From Chloroflexota bacterium (GTDB lineage: Bacteria; Chloroflexota; Limnocylindria; Limnocylindrales; CSP1-4): 39,223 nucleotides of DNA. Below are positions 8,363 through 17,900 of this stretch, in pieces. Positions within the stretch are counted from its first letter, which is position 1. Each line of letters starts with the position of its first letter. The translations under genes and the position numbers were made by a program. The notes under the pieces are model-generated. The model saw nothing but the letters and a program-made list of their open reading frames with translations. It searched no databases and was not told the DNA's origin. The stretch covers positions 1-39,223 of the forward strand of contig JBJMNA010000028.1 of assembly GCA_045804485.1 (NCBI GenBank), written 5' to 3'.

Positions 8363-9343
8363 CTACGGTGTGAACACAGGTGCGGACACCTTGTCCGAGA
8401 GCCACTCCTTGGTGATCGCGGCGAGGCTGCCGTCATCCGTCATCGCCTTGATCGCGGCGTTGACGCACGGGGTGATCGGACTGTCCTTCGCCATCACGGC
8501 GCTGGCGTGCTCGCCCGTGCCACCCGCAGGCGGCGCAAACTGGCCGACGACAGTCCCCTTGTCGAGCTGTGCCGTTGCCATGTAGAAGGCGGTCGGGAGA
8601 TCGACGACGATGGCATCGATCTGCTTTGCCTTGAGCGCCGCGATGGCCGCGTCGTTCGTGTCGACCACGGTCGGCTCGGCGGTCGGCTTGATCACGTCAG
8701 TGATCGTCATCAGGCTGGTCGTGCCCACCTGCGCACCGAAGCGATACTTCGCGAGGTCGGCGATGGAGGTCACCTTTGAGACGGGATTGGCCGCCAGCGA
8801 GACGACAGCCTGGTTCAGGAAGTAATAGCCGTCGGACAGGTCGACGGTCGCTCTCCGTTCTGGCGTGTCGGAGACCTGGTTGATGTCGATATCAAAGCTC
8901 TTCGGTCCGGGCTTGAACGAGTTGTCGAAGGGGACGTAGACCCACTGGACCTGGTCCTTCGTGAAGCCCATCTTGGCTGCGAGGGCGTACGCGAACGCGC
9001 TTTCGAAGCCCATGCCATTGGTCGGGTCACCGAGCTCCCACGGCGCGGTCTTGTGCCCGTCGGCATTCTCGGCGAAGTACGGCGGGTACGCGGGGTTGTC
9101 GGTGCCGATGGTCAGCTTGCCGGGTGTCAGCACCGGGAGCGTCGCCGCGGCGCAGGCGTCGGGCGAGGCGGACGGCGCGACCGAGGCAGCGGTCGAGGCG
9201 GCGGCGGTCGAGGCGGTCGCGGCCGCACTCGGCGCCGCGGTCGAGGCAGATGTTGCGGCGGCGGACGGATTCGAGCCCCCGCTCGTACATGCCGTCGCAA
9301 CGATCGCGATCAGGCTGAGGGTCAAGGTCATCGTCTTGCGCAC
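8363..9343 (-). CDS. amino acid ABC transporter substrate-binding lipoprotein (family 3 SBP)
   Basis: The preferred start is the GTG at 9343 (VRKTMTLTLSLIAIVATAC lipobox), with AAAGGAA 8 nt upstream. The ATG at 9331 is an alternative. An Ala/Ser/Thr linker follows, then an SBP_bac_3-like body (LTIGTDNPAYPPYF...FDIDINQVS...GAQVGTTS...IDAIVVDLPTA). Confidence 0.88.
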   Translation of the reverse strand: MRKTMTLTLSLIAIVATACTSGGSNPSAAATSASTAAPSAAATASTAAASTAASVAPSASPDACAAATLPVLTPGKLTIGTDNPAYPPYFAENADGHKTAPWELGDPTNGMGFESAFAYALAAKMGFTKDQVQWVYVPFDNSFKPGPKSFDIDINQVSDTPERRATVDLSDGYYFLNQAVVSLAANPVSKVTSIADLAKYRFGAQVGTTSLMTITDVIKPTAEPTVVDTNDAAIAALKAKQIDAIVVDLPTAFYMATAQLDKGTVVGQFAPPAGGTGEHASAVMAKDSPITPCVNAAIKAMTDDGSLAAITKEWLSDKVSAPVFTP

Positions 9344-9403
9344 GTCATGTTCCTTTTGGGCGGCTGGGACGCGCGAGAGTGTACCTGTGCCGTGCCGGGA
9401 ACG

Positions 9404-9441
9404 CCGAAGCGGCGCCGGGAGGAGGCACGGCGCCGCTTCGG
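9404..9441 (-). terminator. perfect 13-bp stem hairpin between the upstream hypothetical gene and the ABC operon
   Basis: CCGAAGCGGCGCC (9404-9416) and GGCGCCGCTTCGG (9429-9441) are exact reverse complements with a 12-nt loop. There is no U-tract. A TACACT -10-like hexamer (minus strand, 9383-9378) lies just downstream in the direction of transcription. Confidence 0.45.
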
Positions 9442-9497
9442 AGGGCGATCGTGGCAGCGGGAGGAGGCGCGCCGGCACGATCCGATGGATTCTGCGA

Positions 9498-9938
9498 TCA
9501 GTGCGTCCGGCGGCGGTCTCCGTCGGCGCCGCCGAAGCGGCCCGTCTGCTGCATCCGGCGAAGGAACAGGAGCTCGTTGAGCTGCTTGAGCGACCAGTGG
9601 AGATCCGAGGTCGGCAATCCGCAGATGAACGCGGTGAGACTCGCGGCCTCAGCCGGGCTCAAGCCCTTCATGAGGAGCAGCCGATAGACCGGGCGCGTCG
9701 CCGGAGCGGTGGCCGCGGACGTCATCGAGGTCGCGAGGGAGTTCCGGCGCTTCGTGGTCGTCGACGAGGCGGCCGAGGGACCGCCGGCCGTGGAACCGGC
9801 CGTGACCGCAGGCGACGACGAGCCGGGGCGAGACGATCGCCCGTGCCCCCGTGACCCTCGAGGTGCCTGCCCGGCCATATCCCACGTGTCCCCTGCCTGC
9901 GACTCGTCCGGACGGTGGGTCCGGTGCGTTTCGGGCAT
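9498..9938 (-). CDS. hypothetical protein (low-complexity N-terminus, helical C-terminal ~55 aa)
   Basis: It is co-oriented with the ABC operon. The C-terminus RPVYRLLLMKGLSPAEAASLTAFICGLPTSDLHWSLKQLNELLFLRRMQQTGRFG has ordinary protein-like composition. The N-terminal half is Ser/Gly/Arg-rich, so the true start may be internal. Confidence 0.4.
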   Translation of the reverse strand: MPETHRTHRPDESQAGDTWDMAGQAPRGSRGHGRSSRPGSSSPAVTAGSTAGGPSAASSTTTKRRNSLATSMTSAATAPATRPVYRLLLMKGLSPAEAASLTAFICGLPTSDLHWSLKQLNELLFLRRMQQTGRFGGADGDRRRTH

Positions 9939-10042
9939 GTTCCCGTTCGTCCTCGCGCGCGGCGATGACCCGGCGGTCCCACCCGTGACGGTACTTGCGG
10001 AGCCGAAGGTGTCTCCGCACGGACTCCGCCTAGACTCCGCGC

Positions 10043-11227
10043 ATGCGCGTCCGCGCCTTCGAGCTTCGGCTCATCGCCATCGCCCTCGTCGCGTGCTGGT
10101 CGGTCGCGGCCGGCCTGGTCCTGCTCGCCTACCGGCCTGGCGGCCCGCTGGATCTCATCGTCGGTCTGACCGCGATGACACCGATCGCCATCGCGCTTGC
10201 CGGCGCGATCTGGCCTCCGGTCGCCCGAGGTGACGTCGCGTTCCCGGCGATCGTCGCGCTCGGTGTGCTGGCGCTGCTGTGTCTGGTTCCCTCGATCGCG
10301 GGGGTCGTCACCCAGCTCCTCGCATACGGGTCACGCACGCTCCTGCCGTCGCTCGAGGCGACCTATCCGTGGCTCGTCGCGCTCGTCGCGACAAGCCTGT
10401 TCAGCGCGTTCGGGATCGCCCGCCGGCTCCAGGGCGGGACGGTCGTCCGCCGACGGCGACTCCTGACGGGTATCGGCATCGCGCTGCTGACGACGGCCTG
10501 CTCCGGCCTGCTGTTCGCTGCGGTCGCCGTGGCGAACGAGGTGGCGCTGCGCGACACGCCGCCGGCCGCGTCGCGGTTCGGTCCCACGAGCGGGTCCGAA
10601 CAGCCACCGAGCTGTGACTCTCCGCTGGCCGCCGGCTCGACGGCTCGACTGGCGCTCCACCTGAAGGCGACCGTGGACCTGCGGCCACTTGGCTCGACCG
10701 ACCTCGCCGGGACGCGGGTCGGGAACGACTTCCGCTGGCTCGCCTACGTCGCGTCCGATCAGCAGCTCGGTCAATACGGCGCGGCACGGGTGGGCGACCG
10801 GGCATGGATGACGACGCCCGGCGCGCGATGGACGCCGGCTCCAAGAGCGGCCGTGCAGGACGATGCGATCGACCTCGAGGCGCTCGACGCCGCGCTCACC
10901 GCGGGGTTCCGGGCGACGGCCGAGGACCACGGCGTGGAGGTGATCGAGGGCGCTCGCGCGCGCCGCTGCCGCATCGCCGTTGATGGCACCACGTTCAGGG
11001 ACGCCTTCCCGGAGATCGGCTGGCTCGTCGGCGACGCCGACCTGCACCGCTGGCGCGGCCAGCTCGATTACTGGATCTTCCTCGACGGTGAGCTCGGGCA
11101 GGTCGCGGGGAGTGCGAACGGCGAGGCCGGGGCGATCGTCCCGGATGCCCTCAGCGGCACCATCGACGTTCTGCTGACCGCCACGGAGCGTGGCCGGGAT
11201 GCGTTCATCTATCCTCCGCTCCAATGA
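10043..11227 (+). CDS. integral membrane protein (about 5 TM helices) with a C-terminal extracytoplasmic domain of unknown function
   Basis: The ATG at 10043 lies 6 nt after TAGACT (10031-10036), suggesting a leaderless start. There are hydrophobic helices in aa 8-165 and then a soluble ~225-aa domain. The stop overlaps the start of the WYL gene (ATGA). Confidence 0.65.
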   Translation: MRVRAFELRLIAIALVACWSVAAGLVLLAYRPGGPLDLIVGLTAMTPIAIALAGAIWPPVARGDVAFPAIVALGVLALLCLVPSIAGVVTQLLAYGSRTLLPSLEATYPWLVALVATSLFSAFGIARRLQGGTVVRRRRLLTGIGIALLTTACSGLLFAAVAVANEVALRDTPPAASRFGPTSGSEQPPSCDSPLAAGSTARLALHLKATVDLRPLGSTDLAGTRVGNDFRWLAYVASDQQLGQYGAARVGDRAWMTTPGARWTPAPRAAVQDDAIDLEALDAALTAGFRATAEDHGVEVIEGARARRCRIAVDGTTFRDAFPEIGWLVGDADLHRWRGQLDYWIFLDGELGQVAGSANGEAGAIVPDALSGTIDVLLTATERGRDAFIYPPLQ

Positions 11228-12237
11228 CCATGGACGACGACCGCGAGCGTCATTCAGGCAAGCGCGACCGGCTCGCGCGGATGACGAGGCTGGTGGCGAT
11301 CCTCCAGGCCCATCCCGAAGGGATGCGCACGTCCGACATCGCGGAGCGGGTCGGGATGTCGGTCCGGACGGTCTACCGCGACCTCAACGCGATGGAAGGC
11401 GAGCTGCGGCTTCCGGTCTGGAACGAGGATGGCACCTGGGGGATCGACTCCGACAAGGCGTTCCTGCCGCCGCTCAAGCTCACCCAGGGGCAGGCGATGG
11501 CCGTCGTGTTGTCGGCCCGGTTGATGGTCCGCTACGTCGACAAGTACGACCCGGACCTCGCGGCTGCCTTCGAGAAGCTCGAGCGCGGCCTCCCACCGGC
11601 ACTCGCCGAGCATGTCGAGCGGACCCTGGACGTCCTGTCGAAGGCACCGCGCGACGAGCGGTTCAGCGAGAACGTCCGGCTCCTCACGCGGGCGTGGGCG
11701 GAACGCCGAGTCGTGACGTTCGACTACGCCCCCGCGCGGTACGAGGGCGGCGCGGCACCTCGGCGCGCGACGGTCGAGCCCTACCTCCTCGAGCCGTCGC
11801 TCCAGACGCACGCGCTCTACCTCGTCGGCTTCGACGTCGAGAAGAAGGCGCTGCGCACGTTCAAGGTCGAACGGATCGGCAAGGCGTCGCTCATGCCACA
11901 GACGTTCGAACCGCCGGAAGCCGCGAGGACCACCTCGGCACTGCGTGCAGCGTGGGACATCATCGCTGACCAGCCGCCCGTCGAGGTCGTCCTGCGTTTC
12001 ACGCCGACGGTCGCGGACCGGGTTCGCGAGACGATCTGGCATCCGACGCAGGCCGTCAGCCCCGAAGCCGACGCGTCGCTGCGCTGGTCGGCGACCGTGT
12101 CGGGCACGATCGAGATCCGGCTCTGGATCCTGTCCTGGGGCGACGACGTCGAGGTGCTGGCCCCAGCCGGCTTGCGCGACGACGTTGCGGCGACGCACCG
12201 GCGGGCAGCGGACCGCTACGCAGCGGCGGTCGTGTGA
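11224..12237 (+). CDS. HTH-WYL-WCX transcriptional regulator (PafBC/BrxR/CapW-like architecture)
   Basis: N-terminal HTH (RLARMTRLVAILQAHPEGMRTSDIAERVGMSVRTVYRDLNAME). Central WYL-type domain (RVVTFDYAP...ATVEPYLLEP...ALYLVGFDVEKKALRTFKVERI). C-terminal extension (VEVVLRFTP...IRLWILSWGDDVEVLAP). Confidence 0.85.
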   Translation: MTMDDDRERHSGKRDRLARMTRLVAILQAHPEGMRTSDIAERVGMSVRTVYRDLNAMEGELRLPVWNEDGTWGIDSDKAFLPPLKLTQGQAMAVVLSARLMVRYVDKYDPDLAAAFEKLERGLPPALAEHVERTLDVLSKAPRDERFSENVRLLTRAWAERRVVTFDYAPARYEGGAAPRRATVEPYLLEPSLQTHALYLVGFDVEKKALRTFKVERIGKASLMPQTFEPPEAARTTSALRAAWDIIADQPPVEVVLRFTPTVADRVRETIWHPTQAVSPEADASLRWSATVSGTIEIRLWILSWGDDVEVLAPAGLRDDVAATHRRAADRYAAAVV

Positions 12238-12265
12238 GACTGCCGGCCCCGCGCCGACGGACGTG

Positions 12266-13663
12266 ATGCGACGCCAGCCGTTCGCTGCGGTCAATCTCAT
12301 CAGCGACCCGATCCACGGCTATGTCGAGCTGACGAAGACGCTGACGCGCGCGGAATCGGGCGCCGCGGGCCTGCCGGACGAGGACGTCGCCGAGGAGGAC
12401 CTGCTCGACACGACCTGGCTCCAGCGGATGCGGCGCATCAGCCAGCTCCAGAGCGCGCGATGGGTCTTCCCGACCGCCGAGCACTCGCGGTTCACCCACG
12501 GGTTGGGTGTCATGCACGAGGCGGGTCTCTGGGCGCGCTCGCTCTACCCGAGCTTGCGGACGGCCCTGGCGACGAGCGGCGAGAGCCCGCCGTCCGAGGG
12601 CCTCGTCGTTGAGACGCTGCGGATGGCCGGGCTCCTCCATGACGTGGGCCACGGACCGTTCGCCCACTTCTTCGACGACCAGGTGCTCGCGGCGTTCCCC
12701 GCGCCGCCCGACGCCCGCCGGGCCGGGGAGAAGCGATTGACCCACGAGGACCTGTCGCAGCGGATCATCGAGGACGAGCTGGGGCCGCTCCTGCGGGGGC
12801 TGCGGCGCGCGCCCGGCGCGGTCCCTGACCGCGACGCATTCGCGACCGCTGAAACGATGGATCCGGCGTGGGTCGCCTTCCTCGTCTCCAAGCCGGCGCT
12901 TTCTGACCCGTCGATGCCGCGATGGGTTCGCTGGCTCCAGCCGCTCCTATCCGGCGTCTTCACGGTCGACAACCTCGACTACGTCCGGCGCGACGCGTAC
13001 ATGACGGGCGTCGCCGTCGGCCCGGTCGACGTCGAACGCCTCCGCCGGTACGCCTTCATCTCGGACCGCGGCCTGACGCTGTTCGAGCCGGGCCTGCCCG
13101 CGCTCGAGATGTTCCTGACCTCCCGACGGTTCATCTACCAGCAGGTCTATTTCCACCGGACCGTCCGCGCGATCGACCTCGACCTCGGCGCCGTCTTCGG
13201 ACCATCGATCCGGGCGATCTTCGGCGACGGGTCGCCCGCCGATCGGCTGCCCGCCTATGCCGACCTCGACGAATACGGGCTGCTTCACCAGGCCGCGCGG
13301 TGGGCCCGCGGCGAACGGATCGCGCCGGATCCGACAGCCGGCGACGGCACGGTGACCCGCGACGTCGCAGACGCGTGGCACGCGGTCCTCCTTCGCCGCC
13401 CGACGTGGCGCGCCGAGGCCGAGATCCGGGCCGAATACGAGCGCGGCGCGCGGCCCGAGGCGCTCATCGCGACCCTTGGGAACGCTGAGCCCGGGCATGT
13501 CGCGATCGACCTCGCCGAGGTGGACGCGCGTCCCGCGGATGCCGCCGCGAGCGATGGTCTGCTCGCCCTCGAGATGCGCGATGGCACCATGAAGCCGATG
13601 TCGTCGGCGCTGGCCTCGATACCGGCGTACTGGCTCATCGGGCGTCGCTACAGGAGGCGATAG
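12266..13663 (+). CDS. SAMHD1-like HD-domain phosphohydrolase (COG1078-type putative dNTP triphosphohydrolase)
   Basis: DPIHGYVEL, LQRMRRISQLQ, AEHSRFTHGLGVMH, LLHDVGHGPFAHFF, VDNLDYVRRDAYMTG and YQQVYFHRTVRAIDL match the His...HD...D metal site and helical lid of SAMHD1/EF1143-type enzymes. It lies 28 nt after the WYL gene. Confidence 0.88.
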   Translation: MRRQPFAAVNLISDPIHGYVELTKTLTRAESGAAGLPDEDVAEEDLLDTTWLQRMRRISQLQSARWVFPTAEHSRFTHGLGVMHEAGLWARSLYPSLRTALATSGESPPSEGLVVETLRMAGLLHDVGHGPFAHFFDDQVLAAFPAPPDARRAGEKRLTHEDLSQRIIEDELGPLLRGLRRAPGAVPDRDAFATAETMDPAWVAFLVSKPALSDPSMPRWVRWLQPLLSGVFTVDNLDYVRRDAYMTGVAVGPVDVERLRRYAFISDRGLTLFEPGLPALEMFLTSRRFIYQQVYFHRTVRAIDLDLGAVFGPSIRAIFGDGSPADRLPAYADLDEYGLLHQAARWARGERIAPDPTAGDGTVTRDVADAWHAVLLRRPTWRAEAEIRAEYERGARPEALIATLGNAEPGHVAIDLAEVDARPADAAASDGLLALEMRDGTMKPMSSALASIPAYWLIGRRYRRR

Positions 13664-13670
13664 CAGGGCG

Positions 13671-13697
13671 GAGTCGGACACGATCCGGGTCCGACTC
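13671..13697 (+). terminator. 9-bp perfect hairpin just after the HD gene stop
   Basis: GAGTCGGAC (13671-13679) and GTCCGACTC (13689-13697) with a 9-nt loop. There is no T-tract (I-shaped terminator type). Confidence 0.5.
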
Positions 13698-13774
13698 GGA
13701 GGTCGAATGCATCTGCTATCCGACCGGCTCGGTCGTTGACGCGCTCGGAGTGTCGAGGAGAGCAGCGTGACGCA

Positions 13775-13978
13775 ATGGAACTCCTCTCCGCTGCCCTCGT
13801 CGGGATCATGGCCGGGTCCCTCCTCCTCTGGCGGATCCCGGCGAGGGCATGCGATCAGTGCGATCACTGCCTCGCTGAGCGCCTCCTGGCCGAAAGCAAG
13901 AAGCAGGAGGAGTGGCACCGAAAGCTGCATTCCTGGTACGGCAGCGAGCGGTGCCCGCTCTGCGGACAGAACCCCTGA
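13775..13978 (+). CDS. small membrane protein with Cys-rich (CxxCxxC...CxxC) tail
   Basis: MELLSAALVGIMAGSLLLWRIPARACDQCDHCLAERLL...ERCPLCGQNP has one TM helix followed by five Cys arranged like a zinc ribbon. GAGGAG lies about 14 nt upstream. It is convergent with the M23 gene. Confidence 0.45.
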   Translation: MELLSAALVGIMAGSLLLWRIPARACDQCDHCLAERLLAESKKQEEWHRKLHSWYGSERCPLCGQNP

Positions 13979-14003
13979 TCCCGTAAACCGGGCGCCCCCA
14001 CGG

Positions 14004-14963
14004 TCACTCGGCCGGCGTGGGGCTCGGGATCGGTTTCCTCGTGGTGGCCTTGCGTTCGGGCAGGACCAGCATCGGGTCGATCCGGGCGACCTCGGCCGCG
14101 GGCAGTCGCATGTGCTTCTCCGCGACCGGATCGATCGCGAACTGCCCGGTCCCGAGTGGATCGAAGAGCCCGTAATGGAGGTGGCATCCCGACGCTCGGC
14201 CTGTCCGTCCCTCGTAGCCGAGGAGATCGCCGGCGTCCACGGTCTGGCCGCGGGTCACGACGATCCTCCCGAAGTGCGCGTAGACGCTTCGATACCCATT
14301 CCCGTCATCGATGACGACGACGATCGGGAGGGTCGTCCATAGCTTCTTCAGGTCGAGCCGTTCGTAGTAGCGCGACAGGTCCCCGATCCAGCCCATCTCG
14401 TCGTCGAAGTGGCGACCCGCGGCAACGATGACGCCCGAATGAGCGGCGACGATCCTGTCACCGCAGAACGTCGCGAGGTCGATGCCGTCGTGGAACTTCG
14501 CGCCGTCGACGACCCATCCGCCCCACGCCGTCGGCCCGAACGGGAGCGTCACCCTCGCCTTCGCGAGTGGCCAGCGGTAGCCGGTCAGGTCGTCCGCCGC
14601 GAGCGCGCCCGTCGACTCGGGTTGCGCGGGGACCACGGTCGTCGGGGAGGCGACGAGCCGAGGCGGTCGAGCCGACGCCGAAGAAGCCGGTCCGCCGGCA
14701 GCCGCTTCGAGCGAAGTCGCGACAGGAGCCTGCTGGGTCTCGCCCGCGACCGCCCCGACCGTCGTTCGCGGTGACGCGCCGTTGCCGGCGACGATCGCTG
14801 CGATCCCGACGAAGGCCGCGACACCGATCCCGAACGGGCCGAGGAGGCGCTTTCGGCGCGAGCGGCGTCGGTCACGGGGCACGGGCGGATGTATAGCATC
14901 ATCCGGGCGTCGGCCGCTCGGTGAGCGCCGTCTCTCGGTCGTTGCCGTCTCGCCGCGTGCCAC
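14004..14963 (-). CDS. M23 family metallopeptidase (LytM-type), membrane anchored
   Basis: N-terminal TM (LLGPFGIGVAAFVGIAAIVAG), the HxxxD motif in FHDGIDLAT, and HxH in ASGCHLHYGLFDP. Confidence 0.88.
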   Translation of the reverse strand: MARGETATTERRRSPSGRRPDDAIHPPVPRDRRRSRRKRLLGPFGIGVAAFVGIAAIVAGNGASPRTTVGAVAGETQQAPVATSLEAAAGGPASSASARPPRLVASPTTVVPAQPESTGALAADDLTGYRWPLAKARVTLPFGPTAWGGWVVDGAKFHDGIDLATFCGDRIVAAHSGVIVAAGRHFDDEMGWIGDLSRYYERLDLKKLWTTLPIVVVIDDGNGYRSVYAHFGRIVVTRGQTVDAGDLLGYEGRTGRASGCHLHYGLFDPLGTGQFAIDPVAEKHMRLPAAEVARIDPMLVLPERKATTRKPIPSPTPAE

Positions 14964-14995
14964 GGATACTCATGGCTCGCACGTAGGAGAGGCGC

Positions 14996-17900
14996 TTGGA
15001 CTGCCCGACATGCGGGACCGCGAACGAACCCGGCCGCAAGTTCTGCGGCGAGTGCGGAACGGCCCTCGCGACGGTCTGCCCATCGTGTGGCGCCTCGAAC
15101 GCGCCGGGCGTCAAGTTCTGCGGCGAGTGCGGGACGGCCCTCCGCGTGACGACCGGGCCAGGAGCGGCCGGAGCACGTGACACGCCGGTCGCCGAGCGTC
15201 GCCTCGTATCGATCGTGTTTGCCGACCTCGTCGGGTTCACGGCGCTGTCCGAATCCCGCGACGCGGAGACCGTCCGCGAGCTGCTCGACCGCTACTTCGC
15301 CACTGCGACCGAGATCATCACCTCGTACGGCGGGACCGTCGAGAAGTTCATCGGCGACGCCGTCATGGCGGTCTGGGGAGCACCGACCGCGTTCGAGGAC
15401 GACGCCGAACGGGCGGTCCGTGCGGGACTCGACCTGGTCGCCGCGGTCGAGGCGCTCGGACAGGAGGTCGGTGCCGAGCTTCGCCTCCGCGCCGGCGTCC
15501 TCACCGGTGAGGCGGCGGTGACGATCGGTGCCACGAACCAGGGGATGGTCGCCGGCGATCTCGTCAACACGGCGTCCCGCCTCCAGGCGGTGGCGCCGCC
15601 CGGGACGGTCCTCGTCGGTGAGCCGACCTTCCATGCCGCATCCGACGCGATCGCGTTCGAGCCCGCCGGCGAACAGGTCCTCAAGGGCAAGACGGCGCCA
15701 GTGCCGGCGTACCGCGCGCTCCGGGTCGTCGCGCGGCGCGGCGGCTCGGGCCGCATCGAGCAGCTCGAGGCACCGTTCGTCGGCCGCGCCCCTGAGCTTC
15801 GGATGCTCAAGGATTTCCACGTCGCGACAGGTGCGGAACGGCGACCGCGGCTGGTGTCGGTCATCGGTCAGGGCGGCATCGGCAAGAGCCGCCTGATCTG
15901 GGAGTTCCAGAAGTACATGGACGGCGTGACCGAGGTCGTCTACTGGCACCAGGGTCGGTCGCCAGCGTATGGCGTCGGCATCAGCTTCTGGGCGCTGGCC
16001 GAGATGGTCCGCAGCCGGACCGGGATCAACGACGGCGATGATCCCGCGGCGGCACGGGCGCGGCTGAGCGCGGCCATCGCGGAATGGGTGACCGACGACG
16101 CCGAACGGCGGTGGATGGAGCCGCGCCTCCTCCAGCTGCTCGGGATCGACCCCGGCGAGGACGCGGAGGCCACCGACCGGGAGTCGCTGTTCGCGGCATG
16201 GCGGCTCTTGTTCGAGCGGGTCGCCGAGCACGGCGTTGTCGTCCTCGTGTTCGAGGACGTCCAGTGGGCCGACGATGGGCTGCTCGACTTCATCGACCAC
16301 ATCCTCGACTGGTCGCGCGAGCGCCCCATCTACATCATCACGTCGGCCCGGCCCGAGCTCCTCGACCGCCGCCGCGATTGGGGCGCCGGTCGGCGGAACT
16401 TCACATCGCTCGTCCTCGAGCCGCTCGATCCCGACCAGATGCGTGAGCTCCTGGCAGGGCTGGTGCCCGGTCTGCCAGCGACGGTCGTCGACCGCGTCCT
16501 CGAGAGGGCTGAGGGGATCCCGCTCTACGCCGTCGAGACGGTCCGGATGCTCCTCGCCGACGGGCTCGTGGCGCTCGAAGGATCGGTCTATCGACCGACC
16601 GGCGATCTCTCCCAGCTGTCGGTGCCGGCGTCGCTCCACGCACTGATCGCGTCGCGCCTCGACGGGCTGGATCCTGCCGATCGGTCGCTGCTCCAGGGGG
16701 CATCGGTCATCGGTAAGACGTTCACCCTCGACGCCCTCGCCGCCGTGAGCGGTGTCCAGCCCGATGACCTCGTTCCGCGGCTCCGGGCGCTCGTCCGTCG
16801 CGAGATGCTCACGCTCGAGGCAGATCCCCGATCGCCCGAACGCGGGCAGTACGGGTTCGTCCAGGGGCTCGTCCGCGAGGTCGCGTACGGCACGCTTGCC
16901 AGACGCGACCGGCGACGGATGCATGTCGCGGCCGCGCGTTACTTCGAGTCGCTCGATGACGAGGGCATCGCGGGCGCGCTAGCGGAGCATTACGTGGCCG
17001 CGTACAAGGCGCAGCCGGACGGTGCCGAGGGCTCTGCCGTCGCCGCGCAGGCCCGCGTCGCGTTGCGGGCTGCGGCCGAGCGAGCCCGGTCGCTCGGATC
17101 GTACGTCCAGGCGATGCGCTTCCTCGAGGAGGCGCTTGACGTAACGACCGATCCGGTCGAAGAAGCACAGCTCCACGCGGCGGCCGGGGAAGCGGGGATC
17201 AACGCCGGACTCATCGACGAGCCGATCGCGCACATGGCCCGGGCGCTCGAGCTCGCGAGAGCGTCGAAGGACCGGCCTGGGCTGATGGCGGCGATCGTGC
17301 GCTATGGGCGCGCAGTCAACGCGTCCGGCCACATCGCGGAAGCGGCAGCGCTCCTCGAGACGGCCCGCGACGACTATCGCGACCTGCTCGAAACCGCGGA
17401 GTACGTCCGCCTCGCGAACGAGCTTGCGCGGTCATACCTCCTGCTCGGGCGCGACGCGGATGCCCTCCAGACGGTCGATGACATCCTCACGACATCCGAG
17501 CGTCTCGACCTCATCCGCGAGACGATCGAGCTCCTCATCACGCGCGGCCCGGCGCTCGCGAATGTCGGCCGTTTGCGCGAGGGCATCGTCACGCTCGTGG
17601 GTGCGGTCGCCGCGAGCAGATCCTACGCCCTGATCGACGCCGAGTTCCGAGCGCGCGTCAACCTCTCCTTCGCCGCGGCCGGTGAGGATCCGCAACTCGC
17701 GTATCGCGTCGCACGCGAAGGCCAGGAGCTGCTGCGGCGGCTGGGCGTTCGCGGCTGGCCGTACATGTTGAGCAACGCCTCCGAGCTCGCCATCCGCATC
17801 GGCGATTGGGATTGGGCAGCCGCCGAGGTCGAGGAAGCCGCCCTTCTCGAGACCGACCTTTCAGCCAGGATGCGGCGCGCCGAGATCCGTGGCCTCCGCG

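Noticed and set aside
9180-9245. Tandem-looking GCGGTCGAGGC repeats (possible CRISPR or VNTR)
   Set aside because: The repeats lie inside the SBP gene and encode its Ala/Ser/Thr low-complexity linker (minus strand). There are only three short imperfect copies without spacers of defined length, so this is not a CRISPR array.
14585-16924. 779-aa ORF on the minus strand opposite the cyclase/STAND gene, and similar long antisense ORFs (e.g. 897..2432, 3857..5062, 18907..20274, 19971..21233, 22028..23302, 27414..28796)
   Set aside because: They are Arg/Pro/Gly/Asp-rich with no motifs. They lie antisense to genes with strong family signatures. This is the typical stop-codon-poor frame artefact of very GC-rich DNA.
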